Of a DNA stretch of 64,000 nucleotides, positions 7,742-16,073 are shown piece by piece. Both the position numbers and the translations under genes were made by a program. This stretch comes from Candidatus Kapaibacterium sp. GTDB lineage: Bacteria; Patescibacteriota; Patescibacteriia; UBA9934. Below the pieces are notes generated by a model. That model saw nothing but the letters and a program-made list of their open reading frames with translations. It did no database searches and was not told where the DNA came from. Each line of letters opens with the position of its first letter. Position 1 is the stretch's first letter. The DNA lies in contig JBILHA010000002.1 of the NCBI GenBank assembly GCA_044350705.1, positions 242,295-306,294 of the forward strand. The letters run 5' to 3'.

Positions 7742-9628
7742 ATGATTACTTTTATTATGGGAAATTTTAAACCATTCTCACCTTCTCCTCGCGCACCGCA
7801 GGGTGGAGGAAAACCCACTGGACGCAGCAGTGGTGGACGTCCCCCTTTTAAGCGAGGCGGCTTCCGTAAAGATATGCGCCGAGGACCTGCGGCTCCCCTT
7901 ACCCCTGCAGAAGTCGGGCAATCGGCTCCTCTTTTTGCGACTCCTACTGATGATAAAGTACGCGTCATTGTTCTGGGTGGTCTCGAGGAAGTCGGGATCA
8001 ACTGTACGCTGATTGAGTACAAAGATGACATTATCTTGGTAGACATGGGTCTCATGTTCCCTACCGAAGAGATGCCCGGCGTTGACTATCTTATCCCAAA
8101 CATGTCGTATGTTCGCGGAAAAGAAAAGAACATTCGGGGTGTTATTATCACCCACGGTCACTACGATCACATCGGTGCTATTCCTCATGTTGTACCAAAA
8201 ATTGGCAACCCTACCGTGTATGCACTTCCGGTTGCTGCGGGAATTATCAATAAGCGCCAGACTGACTTTCCAGAATCGAAAGTGAATGTAAAAACACTTG
8301 GCGTAGATTCCACCATTCAGCTCGGTGTCTTTAAAGTGCACTTCTTCCACATTAACCACAACATTCCTGATTCTGTAGGTATTGTTATTGAAACGCCCAA
8401 CGGCATCATCTGTCATACGGGCGACTGGAAGTACGACTTCCATCCCGTAGGCGCTCCTCCTGCAGACTTTCATAAGATGGCTCGTCTTGGCGAACAGGGA
8501 GTTACGCTTCTCATGGGCGACTCGACAAATGCTGATCGTGCCGGACACCAGAAATCAGAGAAGATTATCGGAGAAGAGCTTGAGAGCATTATTCAAAAGG
8601 CACGAGGCCGCGTTATTGTAGGCACCTTTGCCTCCCTCCTTTCACGCGTGAAGCAGATCATGGAGATCTCTGAACGTCATGGTCGCAAGATCGCGCTTGA
8701 TGGCTATTCCATGAAAACAAACGTGGAAATCGCGAAGGAACTTGGCTACATCAAAGTAGCGCAACGCAGCATTATCCCTATTGAGCAAGCAAACGAACTG
8801 CCTCCTGATAAGGTTACGATTATCTGTACGGGAGCACAGGGAGAAAAAAATGCAGCCCTTTCTCGTATCGCAAACGACGAGCACCGCTTCATCAAAATCG
8901 ATCGCGAAGACACCCTTATCTTCTCAAGCTCGGTGATTCCAGGAAATGAAGCGTCCGTCCAGCGCCTCAAAGATCTTCTCTACCGCAAGCGTGCACGCGT
9001 GATTCATAAAGATCTTATGGACGTTCACGCGGGTGGACACGCCATGAAGGAAGATATCAAGCTCATGCTTTCGCTCTTTAAACCCAAGTATTACATGCCT
9101 ATTGAAGGAAACCACTTCCTTCTTCGGGAGAATGCTGAAGTTGCCTATTCTATGGGCTGGAGCGAAGAAAACGTCTTCGTTGCAGACAACGGACAGATCA
9201 TCGAAATCTATCCTTCTGCAAAACCGGGCGTTTTGCCTGAGGCAAAGATCACCAAGGAAAAAGTTCCTACGGATCACGTCTATGTTGATGGACTTGGCGT
9301 GGGAGATATTTCCCAAGTCGTTCTGCGCGATCGTCAGGCGATGGCCGAAGACGGTATGCTCGTGGTTATCGCACAGTTCGAGCAACACACCGGTCGCCTT
9401 ATTACTGAGCCTGATATTGTCAGCCGAGGTTTTATCCAGATGAAGGAGAACAAGGAATTCGTGACGAGCATGCGCCAGCACCTCGCAAAGGCACTTCATG
9501 ACGTAAACCCTGCAACTCCCCTTGATCCTGAACAGGCAAAGAGCATTATCCGCGAAGAACTTGGCAAGTTCCTCTTCCAAAAGACGGAACGTCGCCCAAT
9601 GATTCTTCCGGTGATTATTGAGGTATAA
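7742..9628 (+). CDS. rnj: Ribonuclease J (metallo-beta-lactamase / beta-CASP) with a 70-aa Arg/Gly-rich N-terminal extension
   Basis: ITHGHYDHIGAIPH (HxHxDH) motif and RNase J domain order across a 628-aa ORF. N-terminus PRAPQGGGKPTGRSSGGRPPFKRGGFRKDMRRGP. Confidence 0.85.
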   Translation: MITFIMGNFKPFSPSPRAPQGGGKPTGRSSGGRPPFKRGGFRKDMRRGPAAPLTPAEVGQSAPLFATPTDDKVRVIVLGGLEEVGINCTLIEYKDDIILVDMGLMFPTEEMPGVDYLIPNMSYVRGKEKNIRGVIITHGHYDHIGAIPHVVPKIGNPTVYALPVAAGIINKRQTDFPESKVNVKTLGVDSTIQLGVFKVHFFHINHNIPDSVGIVIETPNGIICHTGDWKYDFHPVGAPPADFHKMARLGEQGVTLLMGDSTNADRAGHQKSEKIIGEELESIIQKARGRVIVGTFASLLSRVKQIMEISERHGRKIALDGYSMKTNVEIAKELGYIKVAQRSIIPIEQANELPPDKVTIICTGAQGEKNAALSRIANDEHRFIKIDREDTLIFSSSVIPGNEASVQRLKDLLYRKRARVIHKDLMDVHAGGHAMKEDIKLMLSLFKPKYYMPIEGNHFLLRENAEVAYSMGWSEENVFVADNGQIIEIYPSAKPGVLPEAKITKEKVPTDHVYVDGLGVGDISQVVLRDRQAMAEDGMLVVIAQFEQHTGRLITEPDIVSRGFIQMKENKEFVTSMRQHLAKALHDVNPATPLDPEQAKSIIREELGKFLFQKTERRPMILPVIIEV

Positions 9629-9670
9629 GGAAAAGATAGCAACAGATGAAGGCGGATTTGACAGATGCAA

Positions 9671-9702
9671 AGAGCTCTCTGAGATTTCAGAGAGCTCTTT
9701 TG
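9671..9702 (+). terminator. Hairpin terminator after rnj
   Basis: agagctctct-gagatttc-agagagctct perfect 10-bp stem followed by a short T-run. Confidence 0.5.
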
Positions 9703-9715
9703 CTATGATGTTCTT

Positions 9716-10147
9716 GTGCTTGAACAAGAACTCAGCCATAAGCTGATCGGAATCGCGATGCAGGTCCAGAATTTATACGGAAGTGCTCATCAAGAAATTA
9801 TCTACCAAAGAGCTTTGGAAGAAATCCTTCGCAAAGAACAGATTTCCTTTCTCGCGCAACCTCGTCTCCCTGTACGATCTCCGATCTCACAAAAAATTCT
9901 TGGCTTTTATAAGCCTGATTTTTTAGTTTCTTCAAAAATTATTGTAGAAATTAAAGCGGTACCGTACCCTATAGCTAGGTTTGAACAGCAAATATCTAGC
10001 TACCTTAAAAATTCTCCTTACGAAATCGGATATCTGATTAACTTCGGGATCCACCCCCTTTATTACCGAAGATTGTTTCATACGAAGGATCGTAAGATTT
10101 CCCCGCATCCTCCCCATCCGCCATCATCTGTCTTATCTCATCTATGA
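9716..10147 (+). CDS. GxxExxY-family protein (PD-(D/E)xK nuclease-like fold)
   Basis: LIGIAMQV...GSAHQEIIYQRALEEEL...LPV...GFYKPDFLVSSKIIVEIKAV...YLK...GYLINFG matches the conserved GxxExxY/TIGR04256 pattern. Stop overlaps the trpS start. Confidence 0.7.
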   Translation: MLEQELSHKLIGIAMQVQNLYGSAHQEIIYQRALEEILRKEQISFLAQPRLPVRSPISQKILGFYKPDFLVSSKIIVEIKAVPYPIARFEQQISSYLKNSPYEIGYLINFGIHPLYYRRLFHTKDRKISPHPPHPPSSVLSHL

Positions 10148-11124
10148 AAGCACTCACCGGCATTAAGCCTACGAATCTTCTTCACCTTGGAAATTATTTT
10201 GGTGCTCTTCTTCCCGCTGTAGAAATGCAGAGGGAATACGAACTTTCCATGATGATTGCGGATTTACATGCGATTACCGTTCCACAGGATCCGCAGAAGC
10301 TTTCAGAACACATTACCTTTGTTACCGCCACCTACCTTGCTGCAGGAATCGACCCCAAAAAGACGCTTCTTTTTCAGCAATCGCAAGTACCTGCGCATGC
10401 AGAGCTTGCATGGCTTTTACAGTGCGTTGCCCGCATGGGTGAAGCTGAACGCATGACGCAGTACAAAGACAAAACTACCAAAGGCGAAATTGTTTCTGTA
10501 GGGCTTCTCACCTACCCCATTCTCATGGCTGCTGATATTTTGCTCTATGATTCTGACGTGGTTCCCGTGGGAGCTGACCAAAAGCAACACGTTGAACTTG
10601 CACGCGATCTTGCAGAGCGATTCAATCGCGATTTTGGACAAACGTTCGTGGTACCCAAGCCGGTCATGAAAAAAGAGGGTGCCAAAATTCTTGGTCTTGA
10701 CGACCCGTCGAAGAAAATGAGCAAGAGTGCACCGAGTGAGAAAAACTATATTTCACTTCTCGATGACGCAGATGCTATTCGCAAGAAAATTAAATCTGCA
10801 GTGACCGATTCCACCCTGGGCATTACCTACGACGAACAACGACCGGGGCTTCACAATTTGCTCACGCTTTTTGCCCTTGCAACGGGCCAAGATGCTGAAC
10901 GCATTACCCTTATCTACGCAGACAAAGGCATGAAGGATTTGAAGGAAGATGTTTCCGAAGCGATTATCGCTATGCTTTTGCCTCTTCAAGAAAAGATTCG
11001 CATACTTATGGATGACCGAGCGTACCTTGCATCGGTTGTGGCAGAAGGTAATGCGCGTGCGCATGAAATTACCGCAAGCAAAGTACAGCAGGCGAAGCAA
11101 GCGATGGGGCTTGCCCTTCAATAG
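10144..11124 (+). CDS. trpS: Tryptophanyl-tRNA synthetase
   Basis: TGIKPTNLLHLGNYFGAL (HIGH-like) and KMSKS motifs; 326 aa. Confidence 0.9.
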   Translation: MKALTGIKPTNLLHLGNYFGALLPAVEMQREYELSMMIADLHAITVPQDPQKLSEHITFVTATYLAAGIDPKKTLLFQQSQVPAHAELAWLLQCVARMGEAERMTQYKDKTTKGEIVSVGLLTYPILMAADILLYDSDVVPVGADQKQHVELARDLAERFNRDFGQTFVVPKPVMKKEGAKILGLDDPSKKMSKSAPSEKNYISLLDDADAIRKKIKSAVTDSTLGITYDEQRPGLHNLLTLFALATGQDAERITLIYADKGMKDLKEDVSEAIIAMLLPLQEKIRILMDDRAYLASVVAEGNARAHEITASKVQQAKQAMGLALQ

Positions 11125-11327
11125 GGTCAAAAAGCACATCTTTTCTCTGGAAAAACAGTCCTTTGTGGCTGTTTTTTCTTTCTTTTTCAACGATCGCTTC
11201 TCTCTCATCGAGGCTCATCCTTGATTTTTTCACCTTTTTCTGGCATAGTCATGTCACTCAAAAGCCGCTCGGGTCACTCCGACCTCTGCGCTGATGAGCG
11301 ACCACCGAAGGAAAAGGACCAGCGACG

Positions 11328-11846
11328 TTGCAGCTCCATCACACCCCCCTCTTCCGTCGTCGCATCCCCCGCGGCAAGACCGGGAATACCGACCCGGTCA
11401 ACCGCCTCCGCCGAATGGCGGAGGCGGATGCCCGCCGCATCCGCGGCATGCTCTCCAAGACCCTCTCCAGCCGAGAGCGCGATGATCTGCAGGCGCTGCG
11501 CCGCCGGCTCGTCGATCTCCTCGCGCAGATGACCGAGCGCCCGTGGGATACCCCGGTGGGAGCCCACGAGGAGATCACCGGTACGATGGCCAAGGCGCGG
11601 CGGATCTACGCCCGCGCGCCCAAGCCCGACGGTCGCCGCCGGGCCAAGCGCCCGTCGGAGCAGAAGGGCGTCCGCGCCAAGAACCGGCCTATCGAGGATG
11701 GCCCGGAGGACCACCCCGATGAAGAGAACGAGAACGATCTCGACCGAAAGATCGCAGAGATCGTCCGGCGTTCTCGAGAGCCCCGCGCGGATCCCCGAGC
11801 CGAGGCCTTCTGGGCGGCCCAAGCGGCGGCGGCCACCAACAAGTAG
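11328..11846 (+). CDS. Hypothetical Arg-rich protein encoded in a high-GC island (about 65-70% GC versus 45-50% backbone)
   Basis: 172-aa ORF, charged and helical in character (LRRMAEADARRIRGMLSKTLSSRERDDLQALRRRLVDLLAQM...). Abrupt compositional shift 11270-11950. Own terminator downstream. ORFs on all frames here are GC artefacts; this is the longest sense-like one. Confidence 0.45.
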   Translation: MQLHHTPLFRRRIPRGKTGNTDPVNRLRRMAEADARRIRGMLSKTLSSRERDDLQALRRRLVDLLAQMTERPWDTPVGAHEEITGTMAKARRIYARAPKPDGRRRAKRPSEQKGVRAKNRPIEDGPEDHPDEENENDLDRKIAEIVRRSREPRADPRAEAFWAAQAAAATNK

Positions 11847-11914
11847 CCCCCCCGCGGGGGGAACCGCAACAGGCGGTCGGAGCGCACCGCGTTCCGACCG
11901 CCTCACGAACCCGT

Positions 11915-11957
11915 CCAGGGACTCGGCCGCAGCCGATGTCCCTGGATTTCGTTTTTA
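11915..11957 (+). terminator. Rho-independent terminator after the GC-island gene
   Basis: ccaggga-ctcggccgcagccgatg-tccctgg stem followed by atttcgtttttatt. Confidence 0.6.
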
Positions 11958-11979
11958 TTGAAAAAAATCCCTTACGGGA

Positions 11980-12312
11980 TTATTCTTCAGTTTCTTTTTT
12001 GCCGTATTCCGGATCATTTTCCCGCAGCCACCGATCAGCTTCGTCATGCTCATCAAGATCGGCGAACGGCTTTCTCGTCACCGTGAGGCGATCCATCTGC
12101 ACTGCAGTTACCTCTGTTGGATTTACTGCTTTTCCCGTTGCTTCATCTCTTTTTTGTCCGTAAAGGTCTTCACCTTCATCAAAGAGATTGGAGTTATGGA
12201 GCTCTAGGCTATCAACCACTCTGTGCTCTTCGACCATACGGGGTGCACCGTCGGGATATCTTCTTTTCTTCATACTTCTTCTTACAATACGTTTATCTCC
12301 CCGGCTCTTCAA
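11980..12312 (-). CDS. Hypothetical small acidic protein (110 aa), backbone-like GC
   Basis: Highly charged ORF ending in ...ENDPEYGKKETEE. Hairpin aatcccgtaagggatt plus U-tract immediately downstream on the minus strand (11962-11985). Confidence 0.4.
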   Translation of the reverse strand: MKSRGDKRIVRRSMKKRRYPDGAPRMVEEHRVVDSLELHNSNLFDEGEDLYGQKRDEATGKAVNPTEVTAVQMDRLTVTRKPFADLDEHDEADRWLRENDPEYGKKETEE

Positions 12313-12349
12313 GACACTTCTTCACACCCTTTTCCCTATCCCCGATCTC

Positions 12350-12377
12350 TTTACAATTTCTCGATTTTGCGTATACT
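12350..12377 (+). promoter_or_regulatory. Candidate sigma70-like promoter TTTACA-16-TATACT
   Basis: tttaca (12350-12355), 16-nt spacer, tatact (12372-12377). Precedes the GC-rich structured region. Confidence 0.4.
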
Positions 12378-12383
12378 CTTGCC

Positions 12384-12840
12384 GCCTCATCGAGGCAAAC
12401 CCCCCACTCCGGCGCCTTGACGCCGGACTGCGAGAGAACCGTGCCCCTTCCTGACATCTTCGAGGTTCTTGAGGAGGAACTGCCTCCCCCGTGGCACCCA
12501 CAGCTGCGAAGCCTAAAGCTCCGCATCGGGCAGAGACCGGACAAGAGGGTGTCCGACCTGGTTCGAGAGGCTTTCTTTTACGAGCCGCGGAGGAACAAGC
12601 AACTGAGTCCATTTTTCAATGCCCGGGAAACCCGGGGGGTTCCCCTCCCCGAATACCTCGGCATGGATCCTGAAGTCCCCGAGGCAATTGCGAAAAGAGT
12701 ATGGGAGCGACTCATCTCGAATTCCTCCATCGTTGGTCCGCGGAACATGAGCGCTATCGTGAAACAAGGACTCGGGCTATAAAGCCCTTCCACATCCGGG
12801 CCGCTCCTCGCAAGGAGTCGGCCCGGATCGTTGTTTTTTT
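12384..12840 (+). ncRNA. Candidate GC-rich structured ncRNA or unknown transcript (about 450 nt) between a promoter and a terminator-like hairpin
   Basis: About 60% GC with many perfect local hairpins (ccggcg-ccttga-cgccgg, cccggg-aaa-cccggg, cctcgg...ccgagg). Terminal hairpin ccgggccgctcctcgcaaggagtcggcccgg (12796-12826) followed by a T-run 12834-12840. No convincing ORF on either strand. Confidence 0.3.
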
Positions 12841-12853
12841 AGAAAGTTCTTTA

Positions 12854-12882
12854 TTTACTTTCCATCATTTTTTTGATACTAT
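12854..12882 (+). promoter_or_regulatory. Candidate promoter TTTACT-17-TACTAT for RNase P RNA
   Basis: tttact (12854-12859), 17-nt spacer, tactat (12877-12882). Same -10 hexamer as the rRNA promoter. Predicted TSS coincides with the P1 5-prime strand. Confidence 0.5.
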
Positions 12883-12889
12883 TTCTCGA

Positions 12890-13463
12890 CCTGGCCAGCA
12901 AGACGATTGCCCCAAGAACTCAATCATAAGAAAGAGTGGGAGAACGTTCTTATTTTGGACTAGTTTCGGCGCGCGACGCTGCTTGGGTCGTCAAGACGTA
13001 CAAAATAGTACGTCGTCGACACAAGCAAGGAGCAAGCTGAAAATAGACGAAATAAGAACGTTCTCTTGGGGAGGAAAGTCCGAACACCCTTTATGCAGCA
13101 ATGCATATCGCAGAAAAGGCGTTGCTAACAGCAACCGCGCGTAAGCGTAGGGAAAGTCTCGTGCAAACGAAAGAATGCGCGGGGTCAGAACCTGCTGGAA
13201 ACGGCAGGCAATGACGCAACAGAGACATTCAAGCCCGCCCTGATTCGTTCGAGCGGGCAAAAGGTGAAACGTGTGGGGTGCGCAAGCTTCCCCACTCCCT
13301 GCATGGTGACATGCAGCGGTGGCAAACCCGCCTTGGTGCAAGAGCAAATTTGGTAGCTCGCGCTGAGCATGCTGGCGACAGCATGCCAAGAGAGATGATC
13401 GTCTCCCACTTCGCTCCTTCGGAGCTTCGTCGGGAACAGAATTCGGCTTATCAGTTGACCAGG
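12890..13463 (+). ncRNA. rnpB: RNase P RNA (bacterial type) with an unusually expanded 5-prime (P1-P3) region
   Basis: GGGGAGGAAAGTCCGAACACC (13068-13088; P4 5-prime strand) and ACAGAATTCGGCTTATCAG (13436-13454; P4 3-prime strand). GTGAAACG motif. P1 candidates cctggccag (12890-12898) / ttgaccagg (13455-13463). Core 13055-13463 is confident; the 5-prime boundary is less so. Confidence 0.7.
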
Positions 13464-13481
13464 TATGAAAAAATCCGTCGA

Positions 13482-14945
13482 ATGACGGATTTTTTCATTT
13501 CGGGCTTCCTTTTCCTGCTATACTTTCTTTATATGCGCCGCGCAGATTTAGCATTTGCTGCTCTCCTCGTTCCCCTTGATTACCTCGCGCTCCTCGCCGC
13601 CGCATCTTTTGCATACAGCTTACGTTTTGCGCCGTGGCTTACTACGTATATTCCCGTTCAATTTGCGCTTACCTATCGGGAATATATTCTCACTGCGATG
13701 GGTGTTGGCCTTATCTATCTCCTCACATTCGCTTTCTCTGGCCTGTATGCCGTACGACCAAAGGGGGGAATTCTTTCCGAGGCACTTCGCGTAGGTATTT
13801 CTTCTTCAGCGGCGATGGCGGTTGTTCTGGCGATCGCCTTCTTCTCTCGCGAACTTTTTGATTCTCGCTTTATCATGCTCGCTGCATGGGGTTTTGCTAT
13901 TCTTTTTGTTTCTACAGCCCGGATTGGCGTGCGTTATATTCAAAAAGCTGTCCGTCTTTTTGGCATTGATGTCACTTCGCTTGTCGTCATTGGCAAAACA
14001 AAGACCAGTCAGAATCTTCTTCATACCCTTGCCGCGCATCCGAGTTGGGGCTATCGCGTGGCGCTCAATCTTCCTCATTTTTCTTCGGACATTGAAAAGA
14101 AATTGCGCACTCTTCGTCGTGAAGGACGCATTGACGGTATTCTTCTCGCTAATCCAAATGCCTCACGCGAAGAAATTCTTGCGGCGAAAACTTTTTCCGA
14201 CAATGAGCATCTCACCTTTCTCTATAGTGCGGATATTTTTGCGGGAAGCACGCTTCGCCCTATTACCCACTCCTTCGGAGATTCTCCGGTCATTGAAGTA
14301 CCAAAGACACCTTTGGATGGATGGGGAGCTATTTATAAAAGAATGTTCGATATCGTCGGCTCGCTTCTGCTCATTATCCTGACCCTTCCTCTTCAGCTTC
14401 TCATCGCCCTCCTGATTGTGATCGATTCTCCTGGAGGTATTTTCTTTTCACGTCTTCCGGGCGGAGGAAAAGCGATGCGCGTCGGTCAGTACGGCAAGCT
14501 CTTTCATTACTTTAAGTTCCGAAGCATGTATCGCGATCGTCACTTTGAGCGCTACAACGAGCTTGCTGCACACAATACTCGTTCGGGGCCTTTGGTTAAA
14601 ATCAATAATGATCCCCGTATCACTCGCATAGGAAGATTTATCCGGAAGACTTCCCTCGATGAGCTCCCCGAGTTTTGGCTTGTGCTTATGGGCCGCATGA
14701 GCCTTGTGGGGCCCCGCCCGCACCTTCCTGAAGAAGTAGATAAATATCGCCCTGAACACCGACGCGTCCTTACCATTAAGCCTGGAATTACCGGCCTTCC
14801 GCAGATCAGCGGCCGTGCCGCGCTTGACTTTGACGACGAAGTTCGCCTAGATATGCACTATATTGAGAACTGGACGCCTTGGCTGGATATTACTATTCTC
14901 CTTAAAACCCCCTTTGTTGTTCTCCTTCGCAAAGGAGCTTCTTAA
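13482..14945 (+). CDS. Undecaprenyl-phosphate sugar phosphotransferase (WbaP / exopolysaccharide polyprenyl glycosylphosphotransferase family)
   Basis: C-terminal bacterial sugar transferase domain DELPEFWLVLMGRMSLVGPRPHLPEE; N-terminal TM helices. Start moved to the ATG at 13482 because 13278-13463 is RNase P RNA. Confidence 0.8.
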   Translation: MTDFFISGFLFLLYFLYMRRADLAFAALLVPLDYLALLAAASFAYSLRFAPWLTTYIPVQFALTYREYILTAMGVGLIYLLTFAFSGLYAVRPKGGILSEALRVGISSSAAMAVVLAIAFFSRELFDSRFIMLAAWGFAILFVSTARIGVRYIQKAVRLFGIDVTSLVVIGKTKTSQNLLHTLAAHPSWGYRVALNLPHFSSDIEKKLRTLRREGRIDGILLANPNASREEILAAKTFSDNEHLTFLYSADIFAGSTLRPITHSFGDSPVIEVPKTPLDGWGAIYKRMFDIVGSLLLIILTLPLQLLIALLIVIDSPGGIFFSRLPGGGKAMRVGQYGKLFHYFKFRSMYRDRHFERYNELAAHNTRSGPLVKINNDPRITRIGRFIRKTSLDELPEFWLVLMGRMSLVGPRPHLPEEVDKYRPEHRRVLTIKPGITGLPQISGRAALDFDDEVRLDMHYIENWTPWLDITILLKTPFVVLLRKGAS

Positions 14946-14954
14946 TTCCCTTGT

Positions 14955-16070
14955 ATGCGCGTTGCCCTTGTCCATGACCATTTACTCCAACAAGGAGGAG
15001 CAGAACGCGTTTTAGAAGCTTTCGCGGCCCTTTGGCCCCAGGCCCCTCTCTATACCCTCGCAATGGATCGGGTCCAATTTTCTCATTTTGGTCATCGTGA
15101 AATTTATACCTCTTTTTTGGACCGCCTTCCCCTTGGACGTACGTTCTTCCGCTGGCTTCTCCCGCTCATGCCCACTGCCATCGAGAGCTTTGATTTGCGG
15201 AATGCCGATGTCGTCGTTTCGAGCGTGAGCGCTCTTGCAAAAGGCGTCATTACCCATCCGCACACCATCCACATTTGCTACTGTCACACCCCTACTCGCT
15301 ACCTCTGGTCTGAAACCCAGGAGTACATTGAAGAGCTGGATGCTCCTCGCTTTGTCAAACGTACTCTTCCTCCAATGCTTTCTTGGCTGCGCACTTGGGA
15401 TCGCATTGCCGCAGAACGAGTGGACGTTTTTATTGCAAATTCAGAAACGGTTCGCAAACGCATTAAAAAATACTACGGGAAAGAAAGTATCGTCATTCAC
15501 CCGCCTGTTGATATCGATCGCTTTTCCGTAAGCGATACTCCAGAAAAGAAATACTTTCTTGCAGGAGGACGTCTCGTTGCCTACAAGCGCTTCGACATTA
15601 TTGTTGATGCTTTTACTAAACTTGGAAAACCGCTCGTCATCTTCGGTACCGGTCCTGCAGAGGGGGATCTTCGTCGACGCGCAGGAAAAAATATTACGTT
15701 CGTTGGGCGCGTGAGTGACGAGGAACGTTCTCGGCTTTTTTCTGAAGCGATTGCCTTCATTCATCCGCAAGAGGAGGACTTTGGCATCACGGCTGTCGAA
15801 AGTATGGCCTCAGGGCGCCCAGTTATTGCCTATGCAAAGGGGGGCGCATCAGAAACGGTTATCGAAGGCCTCACGGGCACGCTCTTTTACGAACAGTCCG
15901 CTGAGGAACTCATGGATACCATTCTCCACTTTTCTCCCGAAGCTTTTTCTCCGACAAAGATCCGTGCATTTGCAGATAAATTTTCTCCACATGCATTCCG
16001 GGAACGGATGCTTGCCTTAGTCAGAGAACATTACACTCGGCATAAACAAGATACTCTCGGAGACCGCTAG
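14955..16070 (+). CDS. Glycosyltransferase family 4 (GT-B)
   Basis: EEDFGITAVESMASGRPVIA EX7E-type motif; 371 aa. Confidence 0.8.
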   Translation: MRVALVHDHLLQQGGAERVLEAFAALWPQAPLYTLAMDRVQFSHFGHREIYTSFLDRLPLGRTFFRWLLPLMPTAIESFDLRNADVVVSSVSALAKGVITHPHTIHICYCHTPTRYLWSETQEYIEELDAPRFVKRTLPPMLSWLRTWDRIAAERVDVFIANSETVRKRIKKYYGKESIVIHPPVDIDRFSVSDTPEKKYFLAGGRLVAYKRFDIIVDAFTKLGKPLVIFGTGPAEGDLRRRAGKNITFVGRVSDEERSRLFSEAIAFIHPQEEDFGITAVESMASGRPVIAYAKGGASETVIEGLTGTLFYEQSAEELMDTILHFSPEAFSPTKIRAFADKFSPHAFRERMLALVREHYTRHKQDTLGDR

Positions 16071-16073
16071 TCC

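Noticed and set aside
11221-12793. Overlapping ORFs on all frames (11274-11906 minus, 11339-11593, 11606-11887, 12117-12782 plus, 12322-12612 minus, and others)
   Set aside because: Stop-codon depletion in 60-70% GC sequence. Only 11328-11846 (+) and 11980-12312 (-) were kept as tentative CDSs. The 221-aa ORF at 12117-12782 spans a promoter and mixed-GC sequence and is low-complexity.
12384-12840. tmRNA, SRP RNA or 6S RNA identity for the GC-rich structured region
   Set aside because: No tRNA-like paired 5-prime and 3-prime ends with GGUUCGAAUCC T-loop or tag ORF ending in AA-stop. No GGAA-tetraloop domain-IV motif. Too long for 6S.
13278-13481. ORF-track start of the sugar-transferase CDS at 13278
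   Set aside because: It overlaps RNase P RNA (P4 3-prime strand and P1). The in-frame ATG at 13482 is used instead.
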